From NCBI GenBank assembly GCA_963675495.1, contig OY776215.1, positions 96,001-160,000 of the forward strand: a stretch of DNA of 64,000 nt. Direction: 5' to 3'. This document shows, one piece after another, positions 34,534-43,781 of the stretch. The notes under the pieces are model-generated. The model worked only from the letters and a program-made list of their open reading frames with translations, made no database searches and was not told the origin of the DNA. This DNA comes from an uncultured Methanolobus sp. (lineage in GTDB: Archaea > Halobacteriota > Methanosarcinia > Methanosarcinales > Methanosarcinaceae). The stretch's first letter is position 1, and each line of letters starts with the position of its first letter. The position numbers and the translations under genes are program-made.

Positions 34534-34761
34534 ACGATTATTATACAAAAAAGATATCAGGATGTAGCTGACGAGATAAATGAGGAAGAAATTGACCGTG
34601 TAAAGCTGAATCTTACCATCACAAGGAAGATATGCTGCGGTGGAATGGACAAAAAAGAGTATGACCTGGGCTGGGTTGAAAATCCCAGGGATATGAAGAT
34701 AACCACTGTTAAGGATTATGAGATCAAGGACAGGGTGCTTGAGGTCTGGGTCGAGCCTTGA
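34534..34761 (+). CDS. Small unannotated protein (~75 aa) with ACG at the expected start
   Basis: Open frame xIIIQKRYQDVADE, RKICCGG, LEVWVEP-TGA; GGGGA RBS 7 nt upstream of ACG. Confidence 0.6.
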   Translation, partial: TIIIQKRYQDVADEINEEEIDRVKLNLTITRKICCGGMDKKEYDLGWVENPRDMKITTVKDYEIKDRVLEVWVEP

Positions 34762-34791
34762 TCGACAATTGAGTATTTCTACAAATCCTGT

Positions 34792-35082
34792 TTATTCAAC
34801 TTCTATTTCCAGACCGCCTATTATTCCTGTTGCTGCATTGAACACCAGTGCAGTGATTATGCCGGTAATTAAACCGAGAATTCCATAGAAAATAGGCAAT
34901 ATTATAATTGCTCCTGCTCCGAAAAACATTCCTCCCATTCCGGGATGGAACGCCATAGAACCAATTGTCAGGGAAGCAAGGGTCATGAAAGCTCCTAGTA
35001 TGAGGCCCATTATTGCGTAAAGAACTCCCACGATCTTTCCAAGTGAAAGCACACCAATTTTTTTAATGTATCTTGTTGCCAC
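34792..35082 (-). CDS. Small membrane protein (DUF3566-like)
   Basis: IKKIGVLSLGK start and GGLEIEVE end, two TM segments, GGAGG RBS. Confidence 0.75.
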   Translation of the reverse strand: MATRYIKKIGVLSLGKIVGVLYAIMGLILGAFMTLASLTIGSMAFHPGMGGMFFGAGAIIILPIFYGILGLITGIITALVFNAATGIIGGLEIEVE

Positions 35083-35276
35083 AGATTAACCTCCGTAATT
35101 GTGCATTAAACTCTATTGCTGGGATATAAATGGGTATCTGTTGTGAGTTTGTTAGGAGAGGATATTGTTCGAAGTTTTGATAGAATTAATCCTTTCTTAA
35201 GATAGATAAAGACGATGAGACTGTTTTAATTGCTAAAAGCAGCAATGATTTTATTTTTAGATTTGTGCTTCATTTT

Positions 35277-35577
35277 GGTTCTATAGATTTCCTCATTTTA
35301 ATAAAAAACAACCTTGAAATTATTTCAATAGGATTTTCCCCTCTCCCCCAAACCCCGTCACCCCTTTTTTTTTATTCACATGACCCCTGTAATAGACGGC
35401 TTCTGCTCCTCATTCCACTTAAATGGTGAACACATACGTGATTAGCAAAGTTACTGGTTTTAAAAAAATGGTTGTTTGTTCTGTAAAATACGAAAAAAAA
35501 TTTTTAATATCGGACAGTACACTTAAACCAATCCTTAATTTCACATTCGTCTAAATATTGAAAATTTCTACAGAGCC
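35277..35577 (+). mobile_element. MITE-like repeat copy B
   Basis: Ends GGTTCTATAGATTT and AAATTTCTACAGAGCC; shared AACCTTGA and C-tract core. Confidence 0.75.
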
Positions 35578-35616
35578 GAAAAAAATAGAATATATAATTT
35601 TACAGTTTGAACAACA

Positions 35617-36168
35617 TTAAGCATCTCTTGATCTGAGATATTCTTTAAAAGGTGCCAGAGTCTTAATTTTAATAGTTAACATGGGAATGGGTAAACCCTT
35701 TTCCAGCTTGCTCTCAAAAGAACGATGTGATTGTTCAAAGTCATCGATCGTTTTTGCAGGAATAGGTTGCTTTAGTATATTCTCTGAATATTCCACATAG
35801 TCTTTGAATATATCTGCCCCCATATCACCTGGAAAGAGAAGCAATACATCTGACACATTGCAAATGTTAAACGGAAACATTCGACATATTGTTGGTCTCC
35901 ATTCATATACGCTGCACATATCAGATTCTAAAAAAGGGCAAGGAGGTTGTATTTTATACGGATATTCTCCTTCTTCATCGCAGGATTCAATCACATCGGC
36001 CTTATAGTTTGGTGCCTGCATTAATAGATCCAGATCATTTTCATCCAGATTTATATCTGCTATTTTGCAGCAAAGTGCAGGACACGTAGGTGGATATGAA
36101 TAGTGTGAAAGTATTTCCTGAACAGTATCAAAAAAAGGTAAATCACTTAACATTCTTTTTTCGGACAT
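35617..36168 (-). CDS. YkgJ family cysteine cluster protein
   Basis: CPALCC, PCPFL, CSVYEWRPTICRMFPF. Confidence 0.85.
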   Translation of the reverse strand: MSEKRMLSDLPFFDTVQEILSHYSYPPTCPALCCKIADINLDENDLDLLMQAPNYKADVIESCDEEGEYPYKIQPPCPFLESDMCSVYEWRPTICRMFPFNICNVSDVLLLFPGDMGADIFKDYVEYSENILKQPIPAKTIDDFEQSHRSFESKLEKGLPIPMLTIKIKTLAPFKEYLRSRDA

Positions 36169-36290
36169 AATAAAAATGTCAATGGATTTCTATATGAACA
36201 TTTCTAAATGTTCTTGTCAGGCATTATTCAGAATTAAATGGAATTCAGGGGAGAATAGTTTAGCCTATTATTTATTGATATTCAGAAAGA

Positions 36291-36569
36291 CTACTTATAT
36301 TTCAGTAACCGGAACATCCCTCTGGATGGTTTATAGATCCTGTCAGGAAACCTTTCGACAAGTTTCCAGATGCATCCGTTGACAGTCTTTGGATGAAAAG
36401 AAGAATCTGATGCCTTGATCATTGAGAGCAGTTCTGACCAGCGCAGACCTTGCGGATGCTTCTCAAGTAATTCAAATGCTGTTGCGTTTATGCGTTCAGT
36501 GACTCTGGATGATCGCATATTTGGTTTTGGTGTTTTTACCATATTAAAATTGTTTAGTTTCAAAATCAT
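36291..36569 (-). CDS. Small wHTH-like hypothetical protein
   Basis: PQGLRWSEL, IYKPSRGMFRL; start uncertain. Confidence 0.6.
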   Translation of the reverse strand: MILKLNNFNMVKTPKPNMRSSRVTERINATAFELLEKHPQGLRWSELLSMIKASDSSFHPKTVNGCIWKLVERFPDRIYKPSRGMFRLLKYK

Positions 36570-36610
36570 AAATGTTTTGTTGAAAAGCGCCTGAATTGAA
36601 TATCATATAG

Positions 36611-36930
36611 AGAGCTAAGAAAGTAACTGAGGAGTTCAATAACTGGATGAACAAGAAAGTTCCCTACAAAAAGCAGTCTGTTATGTGGAGCTATGCCCTG
36701 TTATTGAAATCAAGAGAGTTAGCTAAATATCTTGTTGGTAAAAGGAAAGATATTGCTTTTTGTAATCCTGCTTATGTTGTGGAAAGGGAGGATTCAAAAG
36801 AGATTATGAAGAAGATATTGAGTATTGCTTATACTGATTGGGAAGAGATGGGGTTTTCAAAGGGTGCGCTCTATTGCATGAGGAAGAATGCTAAAGCAGA
36901 TAAAGCATTTACTCTTATTGCTCATGCTAG
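36611..36930 (+). pseudogene. C-terminal fragment of a solo/casposon-type Cas1 (HTH tail)
   Basis: AKKVTEEFNNWMNKKV, LKSRELAKYLVGKR, KILSIAYTDWEEMGFSKGALY, KAFTL resemble Methanosarcinales Cas1 C-termini from memory; no N-terminal part. Confidence 0.65.
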
Positions 36931-36983
36931 CGAAGGGGGTGGAAATAACTCGGATCCATATATGATAATGCAATGGCAATTAT

Positions 36984-37048
36984 TAGTTTCATGCGTAACT
37001 ATTTAATGAATAAATTGTAATATGCTAATATAGTTTCATCTGGAACTA
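36984..37048 (+). promoter_or_regulatory. Two 18-bp imperfect palindromes, putative MarR operators
   Basis: TAGTTTCATGCGTAACTA (36984-37001) and TAGTTTCATCTGGAACTA (37031-37048). Confidence 0.6.
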
Positions 37049-37093
37049 TTTGTTTAATTATTCTAACTGCTACAATATAATGAGGAGATTACC

Positions 37094-37711
37094 ATGGATT
37101 ATGAAATTCTGTCAAAAATCACAGCAAATAGAAGGTCAATCAGAAAATTCAAAGAAGATGCTGTATCCAGAGATTACATTGAGAAAATAGTGAAAATAGG
37201 TATGCAAGCTCCCTCAGGATTTAACGCGCAGCCATGGGAAATTGTTGTGATTGACGATAAAGAGCTAAGGAATGAAATAACCCAGTATTTATTAGATGGG
37301 ATTGGAGAAGGTAAGACCTCAAAAGCTTTTAGAAAAGCACCGGTGTTCATCATATTATATGGAGATGAAAGAACCAGAGACTATGGGCCTGCTGGCAAAA
37401 AAGATAATGACAAGTGGTGGGAATTTACATTGAATACTTCTTTGGGGTGTTCTTTTATGAGTATGCAAATGGCTGCTTCGAGTTTGGGACTAGGATCAAT
37501 GTGGGTCTCAGCATTCAGAAACCCCGATGTTGATAGTCGGGCCAGGAAACTTTTGAAAATACCAGAACACCTTAAAGTTTATGAAATGATGGCAATTGGA
37601 TATCCCGATATGAAACCAGGGACAAAGAAGCTTAGAGAACTGACTGATGTAATTCATTACAATCAGGATGAAAATTATCGAACAAACGACGATCTTGAGA
37701 ATTGGTTCTGA
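37094..37711 (+). CDS. Nitroreductase family protein
   Basis: RRSIRKF, APSGFNAQPW, LGLGSMW, IGYP. Confidence 0.92.
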   Translation: MDYEILSKITANRRSIRKFKEDAVSRDYIEKIVKIGMQAPSGFNAQPWEIVVIDDKELRNEITQYLLDGIGEGKTSKAFRKAPVFIILYGDERTRDYGPAGKKDNDKWWEFTLNTSLGCSFMSMQMAASSLGLGSMWVSAFRNPDVDSRARKLLKIPEHLKVYEMMAIGYPDMKPGTKKLRELTDVIHYNQDENYRTNDDLENWF

Positions 37712-37716
37712 TATAC

Positions 37717-37744
37717 AAATAAATAAATAAATAAATAAATAAAT
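37717..37744. repeat. (AAAT)7 microsatellite
   Basis: Seven perfect AAAT units after the nitroreductase stop. Confidence 0.9.
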
Positions 37745-37901
37745 CGATATATGGGGTTGCTAATGCAAAAATCCAGGCTCGAATCATTTTCTGATGCTGC
37801 TCTAGCCATTTTTATCACCTTTTTTTGATTGTGGTGCTGGAATGATTGAGGATTAAATATATGAAAAAAGATGCTAAAAATATGGCAAGGATGTAAAGCA
37901 G

Positions 37902-38381
37902 ATGAAGAAACCTGGAGCTGAGTTAAAACCAACTGAGATCTTAGTACCAATAGTGGAGATGTTCAGAAGTCATCTTGTATATATGTCCAGATATTTGAAA
38001 TCTTATGGGTTTAACTGGGTTCATTTTGAATTTTTGATGTATCTCTACCATAAAGAAGAAGGAATATCTCAGGAGAATCTTGCAAAGGTTTTCATGGTTA
38101 GTAAAGCAACAAGTACACGTACCATACAAAAACTGGAATCTGAAGGCTATGTATCCAGAACCAGGGATGAAAGTGACAGAAGGGCATACAAAGTCTATCT
38201 CACAGATAAAGGAAGAGATATACAAGAAATAATTTGGCCGAAACTTCTTGATTGGGTTGATATAGTCTTTTCAGACTTTGATTATGAAGAAAGAGAGACT
38301 TTCAAGAAGATGTTAAAGAAAGCATGCTACAAAGCACGCATCGTAAGAAATTCTATTTTAGCAGATGACACTATGAAGTGA
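37902..38381 (+). CDS. MarR family regulator
   Basis: ISQENLA, SKATSTRTIQKLE, DESDRRAYKVYLTDKG. Confidence 0.92.
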   Translation: MKKPGAELKPTEILVPIVEMFRSHLVYMSRYLKSYGFNWVHFEFLMYLYHKEEGISQENLAKVFMVSKATSTRTIQKLESEGYVSRTRDESDRRAYKVYLTDKGRDIQEIIWPKLLDWVDIVFSDFDYEERETFKKMLKKACYKARIVRNSILADDTMK

Positions 38382-38613
38382 CTGGACATAAGGATTAAAA
38401 ACTGAGTCTTATGCAACTTATCCAAAATTAATTTACTTAATATGCATTTTTACTTGTAATACATTAAAATTATACACTATAATATTTATTACAAATTAAT
38501 TTTCATTAAAAGAGCGTACAAAAAATTACAGTTACCTATATCCCAAAAATGAGGTGCTACAGAAAATATTTGAACCATTACTATCCAGAACTAAATCAAA
38601 GAGGGAAGTTATT

Positions 38614-41025
38614 TCACCTCCCCATCCCCTTCTCAACCTCCAGCACTTTCAGCGCGATCTTCATCACTGAATCAGGGTTCAGTGATATTGAATCGATGCC
38701 TTCCTTCACCAGAAACTCAGCGAATTCGGGGTAATCACTGGGGGCCTGGCCGCAGAGGCCGATGTGTCTCTTGTTTCTTTTAGCTCCCTGTATTGCCATT
38801 GAGGTCATTTTTTTGACAGCTTCGTCACGTTCGTCAAAAGAGGTGGCAAGTATCTCGGAATCCCTGTCCACGCCAAGAGTTAGTTGTGTCAGGTCATTGG
38901 AGCCGATGGAGAAACCATCGAAGTACTTGCTGAATTTGTCTATCAGCAGGACATTGCTGGGAATCTCGCTCATCATGTAGACCTGCAGGCCGTTCTCTCC
39001 CCTTACGAGGCCATTCTTCTTCATTTCCTCAATGACCTTCTTGGCTTCCTCTATGCGCCTGCAGAAAGGGATCATAAGAATGAGGTTGGTCAGTCCCATC
39101 TCATCTCTCACTTTTTTCATGGCTTTGCACTCAAGAGCGAAGCCTTCCCTGTAACGCTCATCATAGTAGCGTGAAGCACCCCTGAAACCAAGCATTGGAT
39201 TGCTCTCTTCGAGCTCAAAGTACTCTCCACCTAAAAGGCTTGCGTATTCGTTGGATTTGAAATCGCTCATACGCACCACCACGGGCTTCGGGTGGAATGC
39301 AGCTGTAATGGTTGCAACACCCTCTGCGAGTCTCTCCACGAAAAAGTCTGTTTTGTTCGCGTATTTACCTGTGAGTTTGTTAATATCTTCCATTACTTGT
39401 GGATTCTCTATTTTTTCAGGATGTACAAGTGCCATGGGATGCACTTTGATATAACTAGTAATGATGAATTCCAGTCTTGCAAGCCCTATACCATCATTTG
39501 GTATCATGGACATCGCAAAGGCTTCCTCGGGATTGCCCAGATTCATCATTATCTCTGTCTTTGTCTTCTCCAGTCCCTTGAGGTCAACAGTTTCAATGTG
39601 AAACGGAAGCATGCCTTCATGCACTTTGCCTGCATCTCCTTCTGCGCAATTAACTGTGACATCCATGTCATCTCTCAGTTTTTCCGTGGCATCCTCTGTG
39701 CCCACAACAGCCGGGATGCCAAGTTCACGGCTCACAATAGCCGCGTGGCAGGTTCTTCCGCCTTTATTCGTAATGATGGCTGCTGCCTGCTTCATTACAG
39801 GCTCCCAATCGGGGGTGGTGGTATCGGCCACCAGTATCTCCCCTGCATTGAAATCCGGAAGTAGTGCAACATCTGAGATAACATGGACCTTACCAGCAGC
39901 TATCTTTGAGCCAACACTTCTTCCTGTAACGATCACATCCGAACTCTCATCCAGGTAATATGTCTCAAGCACGTCCTTCTTTTTCAGGGACTGCACCGTT
40001 TCCGGCCTTGCCTGAACGATGAACAGCTCTCCGGTTTCGCCATCCTTGGCCCACTCAATATCCATTGGCACATGCTTGCTTCTCTTTTTGGAATAGTGGT
40101 CCTCAATTGTCATTGCGAATTTTGCAAGTTGTAATATCTCATCATCAGTGACACAATACTCTTTCCTGTCCGCTTCAGGCACATCCACATTACGTGTCAG
40201 CACACGGGAATCACCACGTCCGTATATCATTTTGATATCTTTGCTACCCAGTTTCTTTTTTATTATTGGGCGGTGGCCTTCTTTCAGTGTGGGTTTGAAA
40301 ACATAGAACTCATCAGGATTGACAAGTCCCTGCACTACATTCTCTCCGAGACCGTAGGCTCCAGTTATGAATACCACATTTTCAAAACCTGATTCTGTAT
40401 CGATGGTAAATATCACGCCACTTGATGCAAGGTCCGAACGCACCATTTTCATAACGCCTATTGAAAGGCCAACTGTGAAGTGGTCGAATCCGTTGTTCAC
40501 CCTGTATGAGATCGCCCTGTCAGTGAAAAGTGATGCAAAACATCTGTTACAGGCATCCTTCAGTGAGTGGTATCCATGTACGTTCAGATAAGTTTCCTGC
40601 TGCCCTGCAAAAGAGGCATTCGGAAGGTCCTCTGCAGTCGCTGAACTGCGCACCGCCACATCTGTGTCCTCTCCATACTGCTCGCAGAGTTTGTCGTAAG
40701 CCTCCTTTATCTCTTCCCAGAGGTCATCGGGGATACCTGCATCAAGCACGATATTCCTGGCTTTCTTGCCTCTCTGTGAAAGATCAGTGATATCATCGAT
40801 ATCCAGTCCTTCAAGTACTGCCTTGAGTTCTTCCAGCACTCCTGCTGCCTTGAGAACATGCCAGTAGGCATCTGCAGTTATGGCAAAACCATTGGGAATT
40901 TTGATACTTTTGTCTGTAAGTTCCCTGTACATTTCTCCAAGGGATGCATTTTTTCCTCCAACTGAAGGCACATCATCTATTGTTATTTCTTCAAACCACC
41001 GGATATACTCGCTATTTATCGTCAT
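38614..41025 (-). CDS. ppsA: Phosphoenolpyruvate synthase
   Basis: VGGKNASLGEM, AVRSSATAED, GGRTCHAAI, GFSIGSNDLTQ, CGQAPSD. Confidence 0.97.
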   Translation of the reverse strand: MTINSEYIRWFEEITIDDVPSVGGKNASLGEMYRELTDKSIKIPNGFAITADAYWHVLKAAGVLEELKAVLEGLDIDDITDLSQRGKKARNIVLDAGIPDDLWEEIKEAYDKLCEQYGEDTDVAVRSSATAEDLPNASFAGQQETYLNVHGYHSLKDACNRCFASLFTDRAISYRVNNGFDHFTVGLSIGVMKMVRSDLASSGVIFTIDTESGFENVVFITGAYGLGENVVQGLVNPDEFYVFKPTLKEGHRPIIKKKLGSKDIKMIYGRGDSRVLTRNVDVPEADRKEYCVTDDEILQLAKFAMTIEDHYSKKRSKHVPMDIEWAKDGETGELFIVQARPETVQSLKKKDVLETYYLDESSDVIVTGRSVGSKIAAGKVHVISDVALLPDFNAGEILVADTTTPDWEPVMKQAAAIITNKGGRTCHAAIVSRELGIPAVVGTEDATEKLRDDMDVTVNCAEGDAGKVHEGMLPFHIETVDLKGLEKTKTEIMMNLGNPEEAFAMSMIPNDGIGLARLEFIITSYIKVHPMALVHPEKIENPQVMEDINKLTGKYANKTDFFVERLAEGVATITAAFHPKPVVVRMSDFKSNEYASLLGGEYFELEESNPMLGFRGASRYYDERYREGFALECKAMKKVRDEMGLTNLILMIPFCRRIEEAKKVIEEMKKNGLVRGENGLQVYMMSEIPSNVLLIDKFSKYFDGFSIGSNDLTQLTLGVDRDSEILATSFDERDEAVKKMTSMAIQGAKRNKRHIGLCGQAPSDYPEFAEFLVKEGIDSISLNPDSVMKIALKVLEVEKGMGR

Positions 41026-41075
41026 AACCCCACTCCATTTTTAATTCAATTTGATCGTGTAATTCAAGATTGGTT

Positions 41076-41306
41076 TTAGCCATCATTTCCTATTGCATCG
41101 ACCGGACAAATACTCAATGCTCTTTCGCAATCATTCTTTTCATCATCATTTTCCGGCTGTTTGAAAACATAAGCTCCCCTATTATTATTGGCCATTTTGA
41201 AATGGTTTGAAGCTTCATCCGCACATACCTGACATGCTATGCAATTCCCATCAACATAATAAGGGCCTGGAACATTATCCGGCATTTTGCTATTTTTATC
41301 TGCTAT
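41076..41306 (-). CDS. Ferredoxin (single cluster); RBS-preceded codon is ATA, in-frame ATG at 41285
   Basis: CIACQVC and CPVDAI; GGGGGAG upstream of ATA-GCA-GAT-AAA. Confidence 0.85.
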   Translation of the reverse strand: MADKNSKMPDNVPGPYYVDGNCIACQVCADEASNHFKMANNNRGAYVFKQPENDDEKNDCERALSICPVDAIGNDG

Positions 41307-41478
41307 ATTGACTCCCCCTTAAACTAATGGTAATTATTTGAGGTGCATAGTACATAAGATATTAGTCATGGAAGTAAAAGCAAATTATCATGCATTTTGG
41401 AATACCACTATAAACCAGAATAACCATTGAAAGCAAATTACCAATGGATAAAAGGAATACTAAAAAAGGAAGGTCATC

Positions 41479-42501
41479 ATGGGCACACAAATAGGAGCAT
41501 TACTCACAAAGAACCCTATCACTTACGAAGAACTCAGCGGCAAAGTGATTGCTATCGATGCATACAATACCATTTACCAGTTCCTTAGTGCTATTCGCCA
41601 GCGTGATGGTTCACTGCTCACAGATTCCAATGGAAATCCCACATCCCATCTTACCGGCATGTTCTCAAGAACCAGCAAACTGAGGGATGCAAACATCAAA
41701 CCGGTCTTTATCTTTGATGGTAAACCGCCGGATATGAAGAGGGAAACACTAGATAAACGTAAGGAATGCAAAGAGAATGCAGCCCGTAAATATGAGATTG
41801 CCAAGGATGAAGGCAACATTGAGGACATGAAGAAATTTGCACAGGGAACTTCCCGAATAACCCCGCAGATACTTGATGAATCAAAAAAACTCCTTGACCT
41901 TATGGGTATTCCTCACATTCAGGCAGAATCCGAAGCAGAAGCACAGGCGGCGTTCATGGCTTCCCGAGGGGATGCGGATCTTGTTGGTTCACAGGATTAC
42001 GATGTTTTTCTTTTCGGAGCCGAAGATGTCGTTCGCAATCTGGGAAGCAGTGGAAAGAGAAAGGTCCCTGGGAAGAAAGAGTACGTTGTAAAGACCCCGG
42101 AGCATATTTCCCTGACAGGTTCCCTTGAGCAGTTAGACATAACCCGTGAACAACTTATTGATCTTGCCATCTGCATTGGTACGGATTTCAATGAAGGTAT
42201 CCATCGTGTAGGTGCCAAGACAGCCCTTAAGCTTATTCGTAAACACGAGGACATTGATACTATTATCAGGGAAGAGAACAAGGATATCAGGGCTTGTACT
42301 TCAGTAGAAGAAATTAGGCAATTCTTCCTGGATCCACCCGTAACTACTGATTATAATCTCAGTTGGAAGAAGCCGAAGTCAGAGACCTTGTGTGATTATC
42401 TTGTTGAAAGGGACTTTTCGGAAAAGCAGGTGCTCAAGAATACTGAGATCTTAGAGAATAAAGCGAATGATGAGTGTCAGTCCTGTCTTGGAGATTGGTA
42501 A
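41479..42501 (+). CDS. fen: Flap endonuclease FEN-1 (possibly a second copy)
   Basis: IDAYNTIYQFL, FDGKPP, EAEAQAA, SQDYD, GTDFN; degenerate PIP box QSCLGDW. Confidence 0.93.
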   Translation: MGTQIGALLTKNPITYEELSGKVIAIDAYNTIYQFLSAIRQRDGSLLTDSNGNPTSHLTGMFSRTSKLRDANIKPVFIFDGKPPDMKRETLDKRKECKENAARKYEIAKDEGNIEDMKKFAQGTSRITPQILDESKKLLDLMGIPHIQAESEAEAQAAFMASRGDADLVGSQDYDVFLFGAEDVVRNLGSSGKRKVPGKKEYVVKTPEHISLTGSLEQLDITREQLIDLAICIGTDFNEGIHRVGAKTALKLIRKHEDIDTIIREENKDIRACTSVEEIRQFFLDPPVTTDYNLSWKKPKSETLCDYLVERDFSEKQVLKNTEILENKANDECQSCLGDW

Positions 42502-42761
42502 GGTTGAATATCAAAAGTATATAATAGATGCTATTTGGCAAAAGTGACATCTAAAGGTGGACTGGCAACTGAGGTTAAATGTTTTGTCCATTCCACAAAT
42601 AGGTGGCTGAATTTGTGGGAACCTTTGCTTTCATATTTTTATATTGTGGAAATGGCCGAATACCTTTTCCAGATTTTTTTGTTTGATCTTGTTACAAAGC
42701 TATTCCCTGCAAAAACTAGAAATCTAATGCACACAGATTTAATTTTACAGAGGTGTTCTAA

Positions 42762-43397
42762 GTGGATAAAGAAGTCAAGCCTTCAATAAAGGTATCAAAG
42801 AATGGACCATATATTGTAAAAGATCTTAAATTATTCAGGAACTCAAAGAGTGTTTTCATCGAGACAAAACCCGTTATGACACTTTGCAGATGTGGAGGCT
42901 CGGTAAATATGCCATTCTGCGATGGAACACATACAAAGAACGGTTTTTCCGGTGACAATGAAAAAGACCGTGTTGCCAGCAAAGTTGAAACTTACGTCGG
43001 GAAAAATATTAGCATCCACCGTAACAAAGATGTGTGTTGCCATGTAGGTCATTGTGTTCGTACTCTGCCTTCTGTTTTCAAAAAGGGTGAAAAACACTGG
43101 GCATATCCGGATGCTGTAAGCCCGGAAGAGATCGCAAAACTAATCAAGACATGTCCTTCTGGCGCATTGAGCTATACTATTAACGGAGAAATGCATAAAG
43201 AATATCCACATGAGCCGGAAATCTTTGTTCTGAAGGATGGACCTTACAATGTTACAGGGATAGAGCTTAATGACCCCGATGGTTCAGAACCCGAAACCCA
43301 GGACCATTATTCCCTTTGCAGATGTGGAGCCTCTAAAAATAAACCATTCTGTGACGGCAGTCACCGCGATGTTGAATTCAAAGATGATAAGAATTGA
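42762..43397 (+). CDS. CDGSH iron-sulfur protein with central ferredoxin-like domain
   Basis: Two CRCG-x5-PFCDG(T/S)H motifs flanking CCHVGHC and CPSGAL. Confidence 0.92.
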   Translation: MDKEVKPSIKVSKNGPYIVKDLKLFRNSKSVFIETKPVMTLCRCGGSVNMPFCDGTHTKNGFSGDNEKDRVASKVETYVGKNISIHRNKDVCCHVGHCVRTLPSVFKKGEKHWAYPDAVSPEEIAKLIKTCPSGALSYTINGEMHKEYPHEPEIFVLKDGPYNVTGIELNDPDGSEPETQDHYSLCRCGASKNKPFCDGSHRDVEFKDDKN

Positions 43398-43532
43398 ATC
43401 TCCTTGATCTTTTGATATAATATTCAAAAGATAACTCTAAGGGCAATAAAACTGCTCTGGATGGTCTTTCTCAAGTAATTTACAGTCATAGGACCGCCAG
43501 TACCTTATATTATAAAGCACATATAGTCACTT

Positions 43533-43781
43533 GGTTACAAGGGAGTAAGCTGTAAAATGGAGCAGCGTTCAGGGCGGGGAGCACATTGGAACCGTACCAT
43601 AACAAACTTCATTTACGCGTCGTTTGGATGAAGCAAATATTAGGTGAATATAAAGTAAATTTCAGAACGGGATAAAGCTCGTTCACACAGTCGCTTCATC
43701 AACGTATAGCCGAAATGAAGTGAAATTCAGGACGGGATAAAACCCGATCCCGTAATAACCTTCAACACCTTGTGACCACCA
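43533..43781 (+). ncRNA. Candidate structured non-coding RNA with 3' ACCA
   Basis: TATA-like CTTATATT ~25 nt upstream; 10-bp end pairing GGTTACAAGG/CCTTGTGACC; long internal helices; two related ATAAA-loop hairpins. Confidence 0.6.

Noticed and set aside
43557-43631. 24-codon ORF MEQRSGRGAHWNRTITNFIYASFG inside the RNA candidate
   Set aside because: No compositional or homology support; it cannot be excluded but is not called
43533-43781. tmRNA, SRP RNA, RNase P RNA or intron-containing tRNA
   Set aside because: No T-loop before the 3' strand, no G3-U70 pair and no RNase P or SRP signature motifs
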